A DNA stretch of 64,000 nucleotides from Octopus vulgaris (GCA_951406725.2 OX597814.1:121892001-121956000); one strand, 5' to 3'. Counted from the stretch's first letter, positions 27,495-42,544 are shown. The notes: generated by a model from the sequence alone, not told the origin. A program made the numbers and translations.

Positions 27495-28534
27495 TATGTG
27501 TGTGTGTGAGAGTGTTTGAGAATGTGTGTAAATATGTGTGAGTGTGTGAGAGGAGAGAGAGAGAGAGAGAGTCTGATTGTGTTTATGAGCCAAAAGAAGT
27601 AATCCAGAGTGTCCAGGTGAACGACAGGCAATTACTGGTATATCAAACACTATACCACGGGAAACATCTATAACAGGCGCGTATGTCATTAACTTAGAGC
27701 AGTGGTTCAAATCCGCCACATTTATGGTTTCAATACAGATAAGCAAATACATATCTGAGTTCTATAAATAATGATACAACGCACCGACGGCAGTAACTTC
27801 TTGAAACCTCGATCTTGTCTCTCGACCTGCTAAAAGTGGTAACCGCTTCTTCGTGAAATCCCATATTACTGCTTTAAAACATCAAATCCCAGACACATTA
27901 AATCTAAAAACAGACTCAAGATCATTACGTCTAGAGCTGTTTTGACCTGCTGGATCAGAGCTCACCTAAACCTTAACAACTCCAACTCCGTGAAACAACG
28001 AACGAAAACACTTAAATCTTAAATATATTACCAAAGTTAGTTAGCAAATCATATTCTAATTAAGACTAATTAAACGTAAACTTATCTGAACTAAACGCTC
28101 ATTAAAATACTTGACCCCAAAGTATTGCTCTAGAATACCAGAAGTGGCTGCACAATTAAGTGAAGCCAACAAGTCTGCAGTCTCTTGTATAGTCGTATTA
28201 ATGATATCAATTTGATGCGACTGTTGACCTCGTAATCTGTTATAAATTAAGAAACCTAGTGATGAGAAGAATGATTCAGTGATAAATTGCGAATTAGTCA
28301 TAAAGTAATTTAGCCGAGAAGACAACAAAAATAACAGCAACAACAATTGCAGCAGCAGCAGCAGCAAGAGACAGAGTATTGTTAATGACATAAAAATCAT
28401 GGTTTTATGGGTTCTACAATATACGGGTTCAAAAGATTTAAAAGCATGCGTACAAAATATTAACTCATCAAAGCGCACTTGCGCGTATATATCAATATGT
28501 TAGTAAACACGTAATATATACGTGTGTGTGTATT

Positions 28535-28595
<61 letters not shown>

Positions 28596-29472
28596 TTTCA
28601 ATGTGGTTTCAAGTTTCATTCCCCTGAAGCAGTTTGAATTACCTCCGAGAGGTGAAACTTGAAGTCTCGGTGTCTTTGCTACTATAATAATCTAGAGTAT
28701 CCAGGAAAAAATCATTAATGAGATCGGGAATGGTACGAAGGTATTCCGACGAACCTAGCTGAGTAATCAATTAACCTAACCATCAATCAAGCAATCTACT
28801 AGCTGACTATTTAGCAAGTAGCAGAGTAATAGTATAAGAAGTGAAATACAACGAGGGCGTGTTTTTACTATTAGCATAACGACCCTTCCTAAGTACGACA
28901 AAATCTGTTTCATTTCTTGATTTTATATCAAGAATGTTGCACACCATATTCAAAAATAAATTATCAAATAACTTTGTATTTAAATGTCGCTCCCAAAGGC
29001 CCTAAAATACAGCATAAGTATCCCCCCACCCCGTATAATAGCTGAAATATTTTAAGTTGTAATCTTCTTTCTCTGAACCATATTTAATTCAATTTTCGAT
29101 CATATTAAAAACTGTACAATCTGTCTACGTACGTTGACTGCCCCTAGTAATTTAACTTCATTTATTTATTCATTGATGCATTTATTTCCCCTAATTTATC
29201 CGCCGTTTATATTTTGGTTTAATGTGTATATTTCTTAAAGCTGGCTTCAAACAATATATATTTTCTTTATATTACTTAATCAGTAATTCTTAGAGCAGAT
29301 CATTCCGCATATTCGTCACTTTCATTAAATACATTAAATAAATCGTTAATTTTTACTTACATAATAATCAGTAATTGTTTAACACTCGGGACAAATTTCT
29401 TAACAGCAATTCGTCACTCTTTACCCACTGAGTTCAAATTCCGCAGCGGCCAATTTTGCCTTTAATTTTTAA

Positions 29473-29625
29473 GTCGGCGAGCCGGCAGAAACGTTAGCTC
29501 GCCGGGCGAAAGACGTAGCGGTATTTCGTCTGTCTTTGTGTTCTGAGATCAAATTCCGCCGAGGTTGACTTGGCCTTTCCTCCTTTCGGGATCGATAAAT
29601 TGAGTACCAATTGCGTACTGGTGTC
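29473..29625 (+). mobile_element. SINE family B, 3'-truncated (older fragment just upstream at ~29380-29465)
   Basis: GGCGAGCCGGCAGAAACGTTAGC head and core as at 19904. Confidence 0.88.
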
Positions 29626-30251
29626 TAGATCAGCCACTTCCAATGGAAGGAAGAAAGGTAGTGTTGTTTGTTCCAGTACTATATTTTATCAACCCCGAAA
29701 GAATGAACGACAAACCTAACTTCGTTAAACTATTGGATTATAAATAACAATTCCTAATTATTACCTACAATTTACTTTACTATCCCAAAGACATCCTAGT
29801 TACTTCCCTTGTTTTCTATCAACTTCATTACAATTATTACTATTTTAACTTTAAATTTATTTATCTACGTTTCTCATCCGTCATAGTTATACGCTTTACT
29901 AATACAGTATATGTGTAAACAGGTATAAAATTCGACCTCTCTAATATATTTTTTTGACTTACCGAACTTTTTAATTTTACACCGCGACCATTACCTTCAC
30001 ATATATTAATAAACTATTTTTTAAATGATGACGATTTTTTCTTTCACGTGATTAATAAATCCATGTTCTGTCAACTTTTCCGTAATCTTTCTCTTTGGTA
30101 GCTTTTTAAAGAAAAGGAAACTTTCGGTGAGAGTTTAATCTACGAAATTAACAATTAATATTCTAACACTATATTCCATGTATTGAGTGCATTTATTTAT
30201 TGATTGCATTTAACCTTGTTCCGATTTGATACCTTCAATTATGTATATTTG

Positions 30252-30730
30252 CGTCGTTGTATGTACACTCGCGTACATTTCTTATATTCTTGTGCCAATA
30301 TCAATCTTGGAAACGACCAATGAAAACAATAAAAAGACCATATATTGGTACATCTATTCACATTACCATACATACACACATGTGTATAAAGATATATGAA
30401 TATGGATATACATATATATATACATATATATATACATACATATATACATGTATATGTAATACATATATAGACACACACGTGTATAAAGATATATGTATCT
30501 CATGCACATATATATACATATACTTATATGCGCGTGTATGTATGTGTGTATGTCTCTGTGTGCGAGCGTGTGCGAGCGTGTTTCTTGTGCGGATGTGGTG
30601 TGGTGTGGTGTGGTTTATGGTTATACAAATATATCAGTATACATTCCTTTTATCGTCTTCCTTGGCTGTTTGGAAGATTGACTTTGGCACAAGAATATAA
30701 GAAAAGTACGCGAGTGTACATATGACGACG
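30252..30730. mobile_element. MITE-like element with long imperfect TIRs around a microsatellite core
   Basis: CGTCGTTGTATGTACACTCGCGTACATTTCTTATATTCTTGTGCCAATATCAATCTT mirrored by AAGATTGACTTTGGCACAAGAATATAAGAAAAGTACGCGAGTGTACATATGACGACG; weaker symmetry extends to ~120 bp. No clear TSD. Confidence 0.75.
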
Positions 30731-30865
30731 TTAAATTGGAGCACTTACTAATATACACACACAGGTACACATATACACACACATACATTTATCTTTGCAT
30801 ATACTTATATAGAATTATCTATTTGTCCATCAGTATATCTACCTACCTATATATCCACCTACCTA

Positions 30866-30907
<42 letters not shown>

Positions 30908-31879
30908 AGGTGTATGCACATACTTACATATAACGTTTCCATACACACTTATGTTTATGTTCATACATGCTTGAACAAGTATAACTAGGCCGCCATACTA
31001 AATATCAATTAGCAACGGCTGTTTATATAGCTGGAGTGAGAAAGGGGGTTGACGAACCCACTAAAAACACTGATTATAAAAGAACATAAAACCATCGCTT
31101 GATGCGATTCAATGCTTTTCATTTTGACAGGAGATTGCTTTTAATGAACGTGAAGAAGCCAACTTCAATGGAACTAGCAGTCAGCATTATGCACAATTTT
31201 AATTCAGTTATTGCTTATGTTTTATTTGATAACGATGTTCAACGTATAATAGAGGACAATGAGTAGGGTGGAGTGTATGTTTTGTATATAGTAGGCAGCT
31301 TATGTTTACGATGTTATTTCTGCATACGTTCTTTGGAATGTTTCACTTTGCGTCGCGACATATAATTTCTGATGGCCAACGTACATCGATTGATATAAGT
31401 ACAGTATCTATACACACACATGCAAACATATACGTTTTTAAATGCACACACACACACTCACACACTCACACACTCACACACTCACACACATGTATGCCCA
31501 TACACACATGTATTTGGGCGTATGTGTTTGTGTGAGTGTGTGTGTGTGTGTGTGTAGGAAGCTGTCATTGATTTCTTTTCATCGTTACTGAGATTTCACA
31601 TGGGCACACGCAAGACTTACGCATTTGTGAATCTTAAAATGATATTAAAGGTAACGAAGAGTGTGTAAATTGGTGGGGGTGTAAGAGCACTTCTTCTAAA
31701 GTCGAATCTCTTTGGTTATGGCCCGACACAGTATATCTCAGAGATTGTGAGAGTCCCTATTTTCATCAAATCAGAAGTGTCCTTCCCAAGGATAGTGCGC
31801 TTCTTTGTACCGTTTTTTATAATAATTCATTTTTGAGATGATATTTGTTCATTTTAGTATTTGAATGTCTCAGGAGTTT

Positions 31880-33035
31880 TCTAAGCAGAAAGTTTATATG
31901 TGGCGACATTTGGAGGTTAACTTTGATCTCCGATTAGGAAATGTATATTCCTTCTGCATTTGAAACTTTTTAGTGAAACGAAGTCTACAATTCTGTACCA
32001 CGTTAAAGTAATCAGTTCTCTTACCAATTATGTCCCATGTTAGTGGGCAAATGTTAATGTCTAGTATGTGATTTTCCAAACAAATTTTGTGAAAGACGGA
32101 ATTTCCAGATTCGTTGGCCTCAATGAATGGAGTTGTTGAAGGAAATAAGATTGTTTGTAGTTAGACCGATGTGATTCCTTTTAGTGCCCTCTTTTAGTTA
32201 GACCGATGTGATTCCTTTTAGTGCCCTCTGAATGTGATATAATAGTTTATATACATCTTCTTTAGAAACATGGAGACAGATTTCTCTAGTTACAAGTTGG
32301 CTGACCGTGTGATGATAACAAGATTGTTATTACCGCTACGGAATTTTCACTAAAAGCTTTTTCTCAGTTCATGAACATCTCACCTTAAAATTCTTTGATT
32401 TGAACTGATAATGGCATTTGTGAGTATGGCATTGGCGTCTCTGACTTGAAACTGTGGAGGGAAGAATTTTCCTATTTTTTATTAGCGATTCGATTCGTCA
32501 TAGGTGTTAGATTCATCGGTACATGAAAACAATTACATTTAAGTGTAGTGCACAAGTTTAAGTGAAAATATTTGCTCATATATCTCCAATATAAAGCAGC
32601 GTCTGGTCACAAGTATTTCGAACATTTTGTGTGAAAAATTAATTTCAGACCTAGAACTCTCTTTTAAACAAACTTGCATTATTTGTTTGTTTTGTTTTAT
32701 TTCCATGTGGTCTACCTCATCTGTGAATAAAGTGTTCAGTATCTTTCGTTCCAAGAGCAACCGCTTTGACTGTTCCAGATTCCAATGTTTTGTTTCAACT
32801 CCTAATGCTTCAAGGATCATGAAAGCTCTCATAAATATATGTCCGCTTTGTTGTTATCAGATTCACACCGCCCTTAATTGCCATTTATACACCACCAAGG
32901 AAAAGGTATCCTCTTTGGTTGTAGATTTACATAAAATTTGTTTTCCTGTGCAATGCACTCCTCCGCCATGAATAGCACCCTTAATGTTTGTGTCCATGAA
33001 GCCTTTCCAAATTTGTTTCTTATTAGAATCCTGTC
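31880..33035 (-). pseudogene. Decayed Penelope-like retroelement (partial RT plus GIY-YIG endonuclease)
   Basis: Minus-strand peptides CN*RNLSPC (CNCR..CP motif), DVYKL...NHIGLT (GIY-YIG-like), and TWDIIGKRTDY...QNCRLRFTKKF...NRRSKLTSKCRH, matching the PLE C-terminal C.LC..EK...LN.RSEL.SKCRH signature; upstream RT similarity is weak. Confidence 0.75.
32158..32229. repeat. 35-bp tandem duplication (37-bp period) within the PLE endonuclease
   Basis: TAGTTAGACCGATGTGATTCCTTTTAGTGCCCTCT at 32158 and 32195. Confidence 0.95.
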
Positions 33036-33864
33036 ACAAACCTGCTTATATACAAGCTCCGTTTCACTGTAAATGAACTTTAAGTCACACAGTACAACTA
33101 AAACGTGCGCCGTCAGAGCATTCTTCGAGCATTCTTCAATTATTATGATGGACCTCTAACCCAGTTGTGTATTTTGCCTACTTACCATCAATTCTTACAA
33201 CATAAACTTCTATGCTAATAACATCATTTTTCATTCTCCTTAACATTCTGCATGTAAGCGTTTATCTAGAAACCGCTGAGTTATTTCATGTCAATTTTTA
33301 CTTCTACAAATCATATAAGTATATTCATATATGTACGTTCATATGTACCAACTTATGCATTATAGATCGTCATCTATTGTCGGCTATAAAAATTTTTTAT
33401 CCTTCTATTAATTGAAATATGCGTTAAATTAACATGCGATTGGCCGAGTATTCGACGGAAACCTATAATCATGCATCGACCCTCATCAACCCTTAATCAG
33501 CATGATTAACCATGTGGCAAGCCTAGACTTTTGAATTAAAGCAGCATCCCATGTCGTTTCGAATAACGCGGTTTCAGTCAGAAGTCCTACAAAGATCTGA
33601 TTCTGTGGTAATTTACTCATCCAATATGTGACCTAATGTCACTGAACGTGGTTTGCTATGATTGTGAAGATAGATTCTTACTTATTCGCCTATGCTACCA
33701 TCATATATATAGACGCATATATACATGCATCGTCGTGCTTACATACAAACTTACATTAATGAATCAAAGTGTGTTTGTATATATATATACATTTATATAT
33801 ATATATACACACACATATATAATGCATATTTGTGTATATGCGGGTATTGTGTATGTGTATTGTG

Positions 33865-33911
<47 letters not shown>

Positions 33912-33939
33912 GCATGTATGTATGTATATACCTATATAT

Positions 33940-34247
33940 GTGGAGGCGCAATGGCCCAGTGGTTAGGGCAGTGGACTTGCGACCGTAGGATCGCGGTTTC
34001 GATTCCCAGACCGGGCGTTGTGAGTGTTTATTGAGCGAAGACACCTAAAGCTCCACGAGGTTCCGGCAGGGGGTGGTGGCGATCCGTGCTGTACTCTTTC
34101 ACCACAACTTTCTCTCACACTTTCTTCTGTTGGCCAGCTCGCTTAGCCAGCGAGGTGGCGTCATCGAAGGCTAAAACAATGCGAAGCGCATTGTGACCAG
34201 CGATGTGTAGCAACATCTGATGGCCTGGTCGGTCACGTGATCATGTG
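33940..34247 (+). mobile_element. Full-length tRNA-derived SINE (possibly octopus OR-type) with 14-bp TSD
   Basis: GGCGCAATGGCCCAGTGGTTAGGG A box, GGTTTCGATTCCC B box; ATATACCTATATAT at 33926-33939 and 34248-34261. Confidence 0.9.
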
Positions 34248-34370
34248 ATATACCTATATATATACACGCTATATATAATATATACACACAACATTATATA
34301 TATTACATGTTTGTATGTCTTTTAAAAGATAAAATATATACAAACACGCATATAGATACATACATATATG

Positions 34371-34407
<37 letters not shown>

Positions 34408-34917
34408 CTGTGTATACAGAGTCAAAGATACAGAAATAGACGATGATACGACGATATGATAGTGTATAAACTTATAAGTATAATTTAATGAACACACTTT
34501 CACAAAGGAAAAAAAGAAATCATTTTCTTGATTTATGGTAAATATCAATTGATAACTACTTTCATTGTTCACAGTGCAATACAATAACATAATGTGGTGT
34601 AATTTCTTGATTTTAAAGTCTATATCAAAAAACATCAACATTTAGCTTATATATACATATACTGTATAATGTGTACAAATCAATCATCGTTACCATTGAT
34701 TTATTCATTGATTAGTTGATCTACTTTCTTATTGATTTTTTATGGACATACATGTGTACCAGAGTAGGACTGTCGTTTGTTTTATCTTTGATTTTTATTA
34801 TTGTTTCTTTTTTAATGTAACCTTTGAAATAACAATCTATAAGAAGTATATTATATAAATATCTATATATATGTTTATATATATATGTATATGTACATAT
34901 ATGAATGAGTCCTTATA

Positions 34918-34953
<36 letters not shown>

Positions 34954-35137
34954 ATTGTGCGTTGGTTGGAGTACGTGTATGTTGGTGTCTGTATGTGTGT
35001 CGGTGTACGTGTGTGATTGCGAATATTGGACTATTATCTGTAAATATATATTTATAGGAAATTCCTCAGTCACACATGCATACACACACATATGTGAGTG
35101 TGTGTGTGCGTGTATGTCCGTGTATACATTAATTTAA

Positions 35138-35178
<41 letters not shown>

Positions 35179-35244
35179 GATTTATATACTTATATATGTA
35201 TTATGTATATGTATGAGTATATATACAAATATATATACAAGTAT

Positions 35245-35387
<143 letters not shown>

Positions 35388-35773
35388 TAAGATATAACAA
35401 ACACGTATAAACGTATGATTTTTCTGGTTTTCGTTTTGAGAATTTCTATTCGATACCGAGCTGTGTTCCAAAACAGAAACAATGCTCCTTCACTGGAATT
35501 TATACATCAGCAATATATCTGTGTATGTATATATGCTTATATATATATATATATATCTGTAAATGTATGTATTTGTGTATCTACCGGTTTAATTAGATGT
35601 GTGATTCATTAGGTTTTGTCTCATGTGTGTGAATATACATAACATGTAAATGTAATTCCATGTGAGTATGCACTAAATTTCTGATATATTCTGCACATTT
35701 TGAATGTTCCATTAAAACATTATTTACATTATTTATATTTGACGGATATTTGTCCTCATCTTGTTTGTTGTTA

Positions 35774-35814
35774 ACACATTTCGGCTGATATACCCTCCGG
35801 CCTTCATTAGGTGT
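35774..35814 (-). ncRNA. Degenerate minimal hammerhead in a short PLE-like insert (~35715-35865)
   Basis: ACAC CUAAUGA AGGCCGG...CAGCC GAAA UGUGU: stems I and II retained, G5-to-A change and most of stem III lost. Confidence 0.5.
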
Positions 35815-35863
35815 CCTGGGGAAACTTTGAACCTGGGTTCTCATTCGTAAGGTACTTTTTTGA

Positions 35864-35979
<116 letters not shown>

Positions 35980-36459
35980 ACAACAATAATCCCTGGATGA
36001 AATTGTAAAACATTTAATGCCTCGCTATGCGCATTTCCACAATTCATATGTCTCTTAAAATTTCAGTCGGTATTCCTGTGATGATTATCCATGGGCAACA
36101 AGTTGATCATCTTCATGGATTCATTTATTCAGGCGATATAACATTAATGGATGTTTACGAGAAGGATGTTAATCCCTTTTGACCACTTCGATGCAACCCC
36201 AAAAACCGATGAACCATTGAACATCATTAAGGTGTGGTCGGCATAATGGAATAAGAACATTATTTGCATATTCAAAACCCTCCACGTAAACAAATTTAAA
36301 ATATGTACGCATCTATGTATATTTATCCGACGGACACCTTTTGGTTTCATTCCACCAAACTTACTGACATGACTTTGCTTGACTCGACCAATTTACCACG
36401 AGTGGGACAGAATCCAAGTCCACGTCATTGTGAAACAAGCTCCTCAATCACGCGGTGAC

Positions 36460-36842
36460 GTCTGCGCCGATGTACACATAGTTGTCTGTGTATGGCAAGT
36501 TTGGTAGCCTTCAACTTACACTCCAAGACCCTGCGACGCAAGTTGACCAAAATTGAGAGTATGATATAAGAAGGCTCGCTCTTCATTCCGTAGAAGATAA
36601 AATTCAAATCGGACCATGTTAACACCAAAAATTATTTACATCAAAAAGGTGCTTTTTTTCTATGAAAATCCCTATTTTTTGCCATCTTTTGACTGCTGTG
36701 TCGCCATTTTTCAGTGTATTTCAACCAGAAAAATGTTCACTTACAGAGAATAACAAGCTACATAATGCAAAATTTTACTTTTCAAGCATTCCAATTCTAA
36801 AGGGTTGAAACAAACCCGAGCAACGTCGGGCGATACTGCTAG
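36460..36842 (+). mobile_element. Non-autonomous Helitron 3' portion
   Basis: GC-rich hairpin CCCGAGCAACGTCGGG (36815-36830), 8 nt, then CTAG followed by T. The 5' boundary is uncertain. Confidence 0.7.
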
Positions 36843-38353
36843 TAAAATATATAAATGTATGCATGTATATACTCCACATTAAAATGCTAAAAGATTTTTC
36901 ATGGATATTTTATAGTTCCATTAATAGTTTGTAATTGTATTTCTTTATTCATCTCCTTTCTAACTTTGCGTGGCCCAGATTCTTAAGAAAGCTGCTGAGG
37001 CAATAATCACCGGTATAAATCTACTTAAAGCCAAGTGTCGTATGTATGTATGTATTTATTTATGTATTTATGTATGTATGTATTTATGTATGTATACATT
37101 ATGTATGCATACATTATATATGTATGTGTGTATGTATTTATGCATGTATGTATGCATGCATGCATGTACATGCAAGCATCGTTTTTTGCAACTTCGCATT
37201 AGATCCGAATAATATAACTGTAAAGGTGTGAAGGAGATATTATCGCTTTAACATTGGAGATAAATTATTTTGATTGGTATACTCCAGTTGCTTTCACACT
37301 ATGTAGATTACATGTACTTTGACAAGCTTACACACGGAAATAAAAACAGACAAATACACATACACACGCACATGCACACAAACTCATGCTTACATACATA
37401 TATACATACATACACGTACATATTGTGTCTTTCTTGCTAACGTTAGCACTGTACTACATATATCTAGGATTCCCAAAGCAGGTGACATTTGAATGCTCAG
37501 AAAACCTGATGTACACACACACACACACACACATACATACATACATATACACACATACAAACACATACACAAACAGCTATACACATATCACAATTATACA
37601 CACAAGTTATATAGAGTTTTGTAAGCATACAGATGTTGCTGCGTATACAGAAAAACTTATCAAGGAAGTATATCCCCACTTTTAGAATAAACACATGTAT
37701 TACTGAATTTATAATGTATATATCTTGGAACTTTTTTGAAGAACTGAGTGAAGAATACGAGTCATATTATTACACCAAGAATTATCTAAAACACTGCAGT
37801 AGAATCTAGCAACAGACATATTTAATACTAGGATTGTACGAAAAGTAGAAGGAAGATGTTCGTCACTAAAACAGAAATTCCTTACTTTTCAGGAATTTCA
37901 ACTTAAGTATATTATTTTCTCTTCGTGATTTCTCTAACAAACTGCAAATTCGAAGATATTTTTCAATCTTAGCGTATACCAAATGTTTAGTTCACAACTG
38001 TATGATAATTCCTAGAAACTTTCAAAAAACTTTCTGCAACGCTGACAAAATGTATTCAGGAATTACGTTATCTCTTCTGCAGTCAATTTTGTTGTTGCTA
38101 AAACTCAAGAAGATAAAGAATATAGCAAACTACAGACGTGGATAGAAAAAGCAGTCATTTATACTTTTGATAATTCGCCATTGAAGTAAATATTCTTTTC
38201 TTTTCTATCAATAAATATCTTGCTTTCGTTTTTCAATCGATGTTGTTTTATCACTTGTCTTATTGTAAATTAGCTCGTATGTATAAATACATGCATACAC
38301 GCACACACATGCACACACAAAGATACACACATACACAAACACACACATATATG

Positions 38354-38392
<39 letters not shown>

Positions 38393-38902
38393 GTATGTAT
38401 GTATATATGTGTGTGTGCGCATGTATGTATGCATACAATTTTTTAATATGTAATTGTGTTTTGTCATCACTAGAATTGCATTAATAACATCAAATGTCTG
38501 ATCTAATGTTACGAAAGAAAATGTTTTTGTCGACATTTTCTTTACTGTTGTTACCTTTCATATATATCTTCTTTCCGTAAAAAATATTTTCCCCTCCGAT
38601 GACATTTACGTTTTCTATGATTATATTTCTTAATACAAACTCCGCCGTGTATTCACCAATCAGTTTATATACTGTTTTGTGTACACTTTATTTAAAAACT
38701 AATCATCTAATACATTTTGTGGAGTTTCGTATAAATACTAAATTAGAAACAAATGTTGAATATTCACAATAGTTTCTCTCTCTCTCTGCTTCTTATTAGG
38801 CCTATATGTTTAAAGGTTCATTGCAACAAAAAAACAAACTATTGTCGCTAGAGTGATGACGATGGCATTTATGTCTACCTTTATCATTGTTATCATTATT
38901 GC

Positions 38903-39395
<493 letters not shown>

Positions 39396-40437
39396 TATTA
39401 CCATTATTCTTTTTTACGAAATGCTCCAGTTCTACCAAATGCATATGCTTCACATAGTTTCTACATACTAGATCCAGCTGTCAAATTTTCCTTAAGATAC
39501 ATCCTGCTTTCTATAAAAAAAAGAAGAACCTGCTGGAGGAAGTAGAAATAGATGTATAATAGCGCCAAACAATCGAGATTACCATGGCTGGAATGCTTTT
39601 CATAGTACTACTGCTCGGTCGTAGCTGACTTGTGTATGAAAACACAACCGCGTGTTCGTCACATTCTTTATTCTCATGACTAGAGCAGCAACACCAATGC
39701 TTCTGTAAACTCGTACATTCCAGATAGGAAAATAAATTCATGAATACAATTTCGGTCGTAGATCGCGTTTAATTTATTGATGCTAATGAGTTCTTATGAA
39801 GAAGTTTGATTTCCCAAGTGGACTTCATGATATTGCTGTTCCGGTTAACAAGAGAAAATATCAGATCTGTGTGCTAATGATATTTTACTTTGTTGATGGA
39901 AACAGGAACCATTCTATCTTCTTTTATGTATCCGCGTCAATAAGAAATATAGGAGACTTTTGTTGAAACAAGTAAAAAGTGGATTATAACTGCCCAGCTT
40001 ATTCTAAGCCTATTTAATCACATACTCATTGACTTCAGATGAAAAAGAATCTACAGTGGCTTTCGGTTCTCTGCGTTAGATACCACAATATGTAAAGCTG
40101 CCAAAATGATAGGAAATCGATTCCAAGAAAGTCATTTCACAACCGTAAGAGAAATAATTGAAGATTAACATTTATCTCCAGAAAAATAATGAACATTTCA
40201 AAACTGGAGGGATGTTAAACGGTTGCATAAAAGATAGAGTTTTCTGAAGAAATGGAACAGTAAAACATTTAAATCGAAACAAATATTTTGGTAAGTTATA
40301 CAACTTCTGTTGTTACTTATTTGCCAGGCATAAACGGAGTAGAGTTGAACAAATTTAAAGCAAAGTTGATAATGTTTGGAAACGAGAGTTCACAAATAAC
40401 AATAACAGACTTACAAAATATATGCCAATACATATGC

Positions 40438-40740
40438 ATAGGCATATACATGTAGCTGTGTGGTAAGACGTTTGTTTCCCACCGACATGATTTTTGCTTC
40501 AGTCCTACTGCGTGTAACCTTAGTATGTGTCCTCTGCGATAGTCTCGGGCTGATCAAAATCTTGTGAGCGGATTTGGTTGACAGAAACTGAAGGGAGCCC
40601 TAAGGTCGATAAATTAAGTGCCAGTTACACACTGGGGCTGATGTAATCGACTTAATCCCTTTGTCTGTCCTTGTTTGTGCCCTCTGTGTTTAGCCCATTG
40701 TGGGCAATAAAGAAATAAGAAACTGAAGATAGCCCCTCGT
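40438..40740 (+). mobile_element. Old family A SINE interrupted by a 5'-truncated family B SINE (40601-40717)
   Basis: AGAAACTGAAG..AGCCC duplicated at 40583-40600 and 40718-40735 around the insert. Confidence 0.82.
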
Positions 40741-40844
40741 GAACACACACACACACACACACACACATGTACATATATATATGCGACGTATATATATAAT
40801 ATAGTTGTATATATGTACGTATGTGTGTGTGTATATAAGCATGT

Positions 40845-41120
40845 AGGCACATGGCATAGTGTTCACGATCCTGAGATTCTGGTTTCAATTCCCAGATTGT
40901 CTGCACGTTGCATTGTTGAGTAAAGCATTCCATTTCACTATGTTCGTGTCCACTCAGCTTTTGACAAGTAACCACGACGCAGAATACCCTTGCGATCGGA
41001 AGGGATGCTGGAATGTTGACCTGCTCGCCTATCTAACAGGGCAGCATAATTGGAAAGCTAAAACGGTGTGAAATGCACTGTAACCAGCGACGTATAATAA
41101 CGTTCGATAGTCCGATCGAT
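40845..41120 (+). mobile_element. Degenerate tRNA-derived SINE
   Basis: GGTTTCAATTCCC B box; middle resembles 5156-5414, 3' part resembles 33940-34247. Confidence 0.6.
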
Positions 41121-41736
41121 ACCGTTATATATACACATTGATGTAAAACTGCGTTCTGTTTATTACATTTAGATGTATTCTGCAGCAGATCTTTTGTTTC
41201 ATAAACCCAGATACCAAAAAGACAAAAAAAAATATGCATTTGAAGAATAATTATGTTGCTTTGTTTTTTCCCTCATTTTTCTGAATTTTTATTTCATTTT
41301 TTTTTTATATGTGAATATATTGCCATATTCTTTGAGTTTTATAACTCGAAAAAGAAAATCTCCGCTAATCTCGCATTACCTTCATCTACATATTTACTGT
41401 TAAATAACGGCTGTAGCTTGCTTGCAAAACTCTTTAATGATCGACTCTTGATAAAATAACACAAGAAATTTTCCAGACAGGAGGCAGACTAAAATCTTTA
41501 TGATAGCATTATGAAACAGTAAAAGACAAAACAAAACTCTAAGAGAACTAAGACTAGAGTAACTGCAATATAATACATAATATGTGTAGGAGTCACTCAT
41601 AATGACTTTCATATTGTTTTATCATGTAAATTTCTGAAAGGAAGAAGTACTTAGCTTGCGCATTTATTAGTGCATCAAAGTATCGCTCTTCGTAGAATTA
41701 GTGGTGAGTGTAGAGAGGTCAGCCGACAAAATAATG

Positions 41737-41787
<51 letters not shown>

Positions 41788-41796
41788 GTAATAATT

Positions 41797-42290
41797 GGAA
41801 GTGATATCATGTACATGTTTTGTCTTGGTATAAAAAATGGGCTACAGCAAGTATTCTCAATACACAGATTTGCTTGTCAGTTGCTTGACCTTAAATCAGT
41901 TGAGCCTTAATGGCTGACGATGTGTGTATCCCTGATTACAAGCAGAAGTAGTGGGGGAACATCATATCCATGTGTTGAGAGGAATTCTTTGGGGCTTCAG
42001 TAATTCACCTATGGAAACATAGGTTTCGTTTATCATTTTTAAACAAACCTTATTTCAGGGAACTTTTGAGTGGGATGGGCTACTCAGACTGAAGAAAATT
42101 CTAACTGGTGCCCACTTGCAAGGTCATACGCTGTTTATCTTGATGTAAGATTACGATGTCGCGCACATATGGTTGTGATGTATGTGCCTAGTATACCCTT
42201 ATTAAATGGGTAGTCATGCTGGGTATACTGGGCTTCGTATACTTTACCCCAGTGTCACTTTGATGGCATGCACTGCTCTCTCATTCAATA
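41797..42290 (+). mobile_element. Family D element between (TAA)n arrays
   Basis: Reverse complement of 46803-47250, with extra 5' sequence shared with 2880-3352. Confidence 0.9.
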
Positions 42291-42308
42291 ACAATAATAA
42301 TGATGATG

Positions 42309-42355
<47 letters not shown>

Positions 42356-42357
<2 letters not shown>

Positions 42358-42504
42358 GTTCTGGGTTCAAATTCCGCTGAAGTCGACTTTACTTTTCATC
42401 CTTTCGTGGTCGATAAGTTAAGTATAAGTCAAGTACTGGGATCGATGTGATCGGTTGTCCCCATACCCACAAAAAATCAGACCTTTTGCCTAGGATAGAA
42501 AGGA

Positions 42505-42544
<40 letters not shown>

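Noticed and set aside
31709-31719. TCTTTGGTTAT, matching the start of miR-9
   Set aside because: Match stops after 11 nt and there is no precursor hairpin.
33380-33415. IKIFYPSIN, resembling the PLE RT motif FYPSI
   Set aside because: Opposite strand to the adjacent PLE relic, lacks the catalytic Asp, and has no supporting flanks.
33942-34015. tRNA-like sequences here and at 5340-5414 and 22552-22612
   Set aside because: They are SINE heads with imperfect cloverleaves, in most cases continuing into SINE bodies with TSDs.
39480-40300. Higher-complexity stretch suggestive of a decayed transposase or exon
   Set aside because: No recognisable motif found and frames are interrupted by stops.
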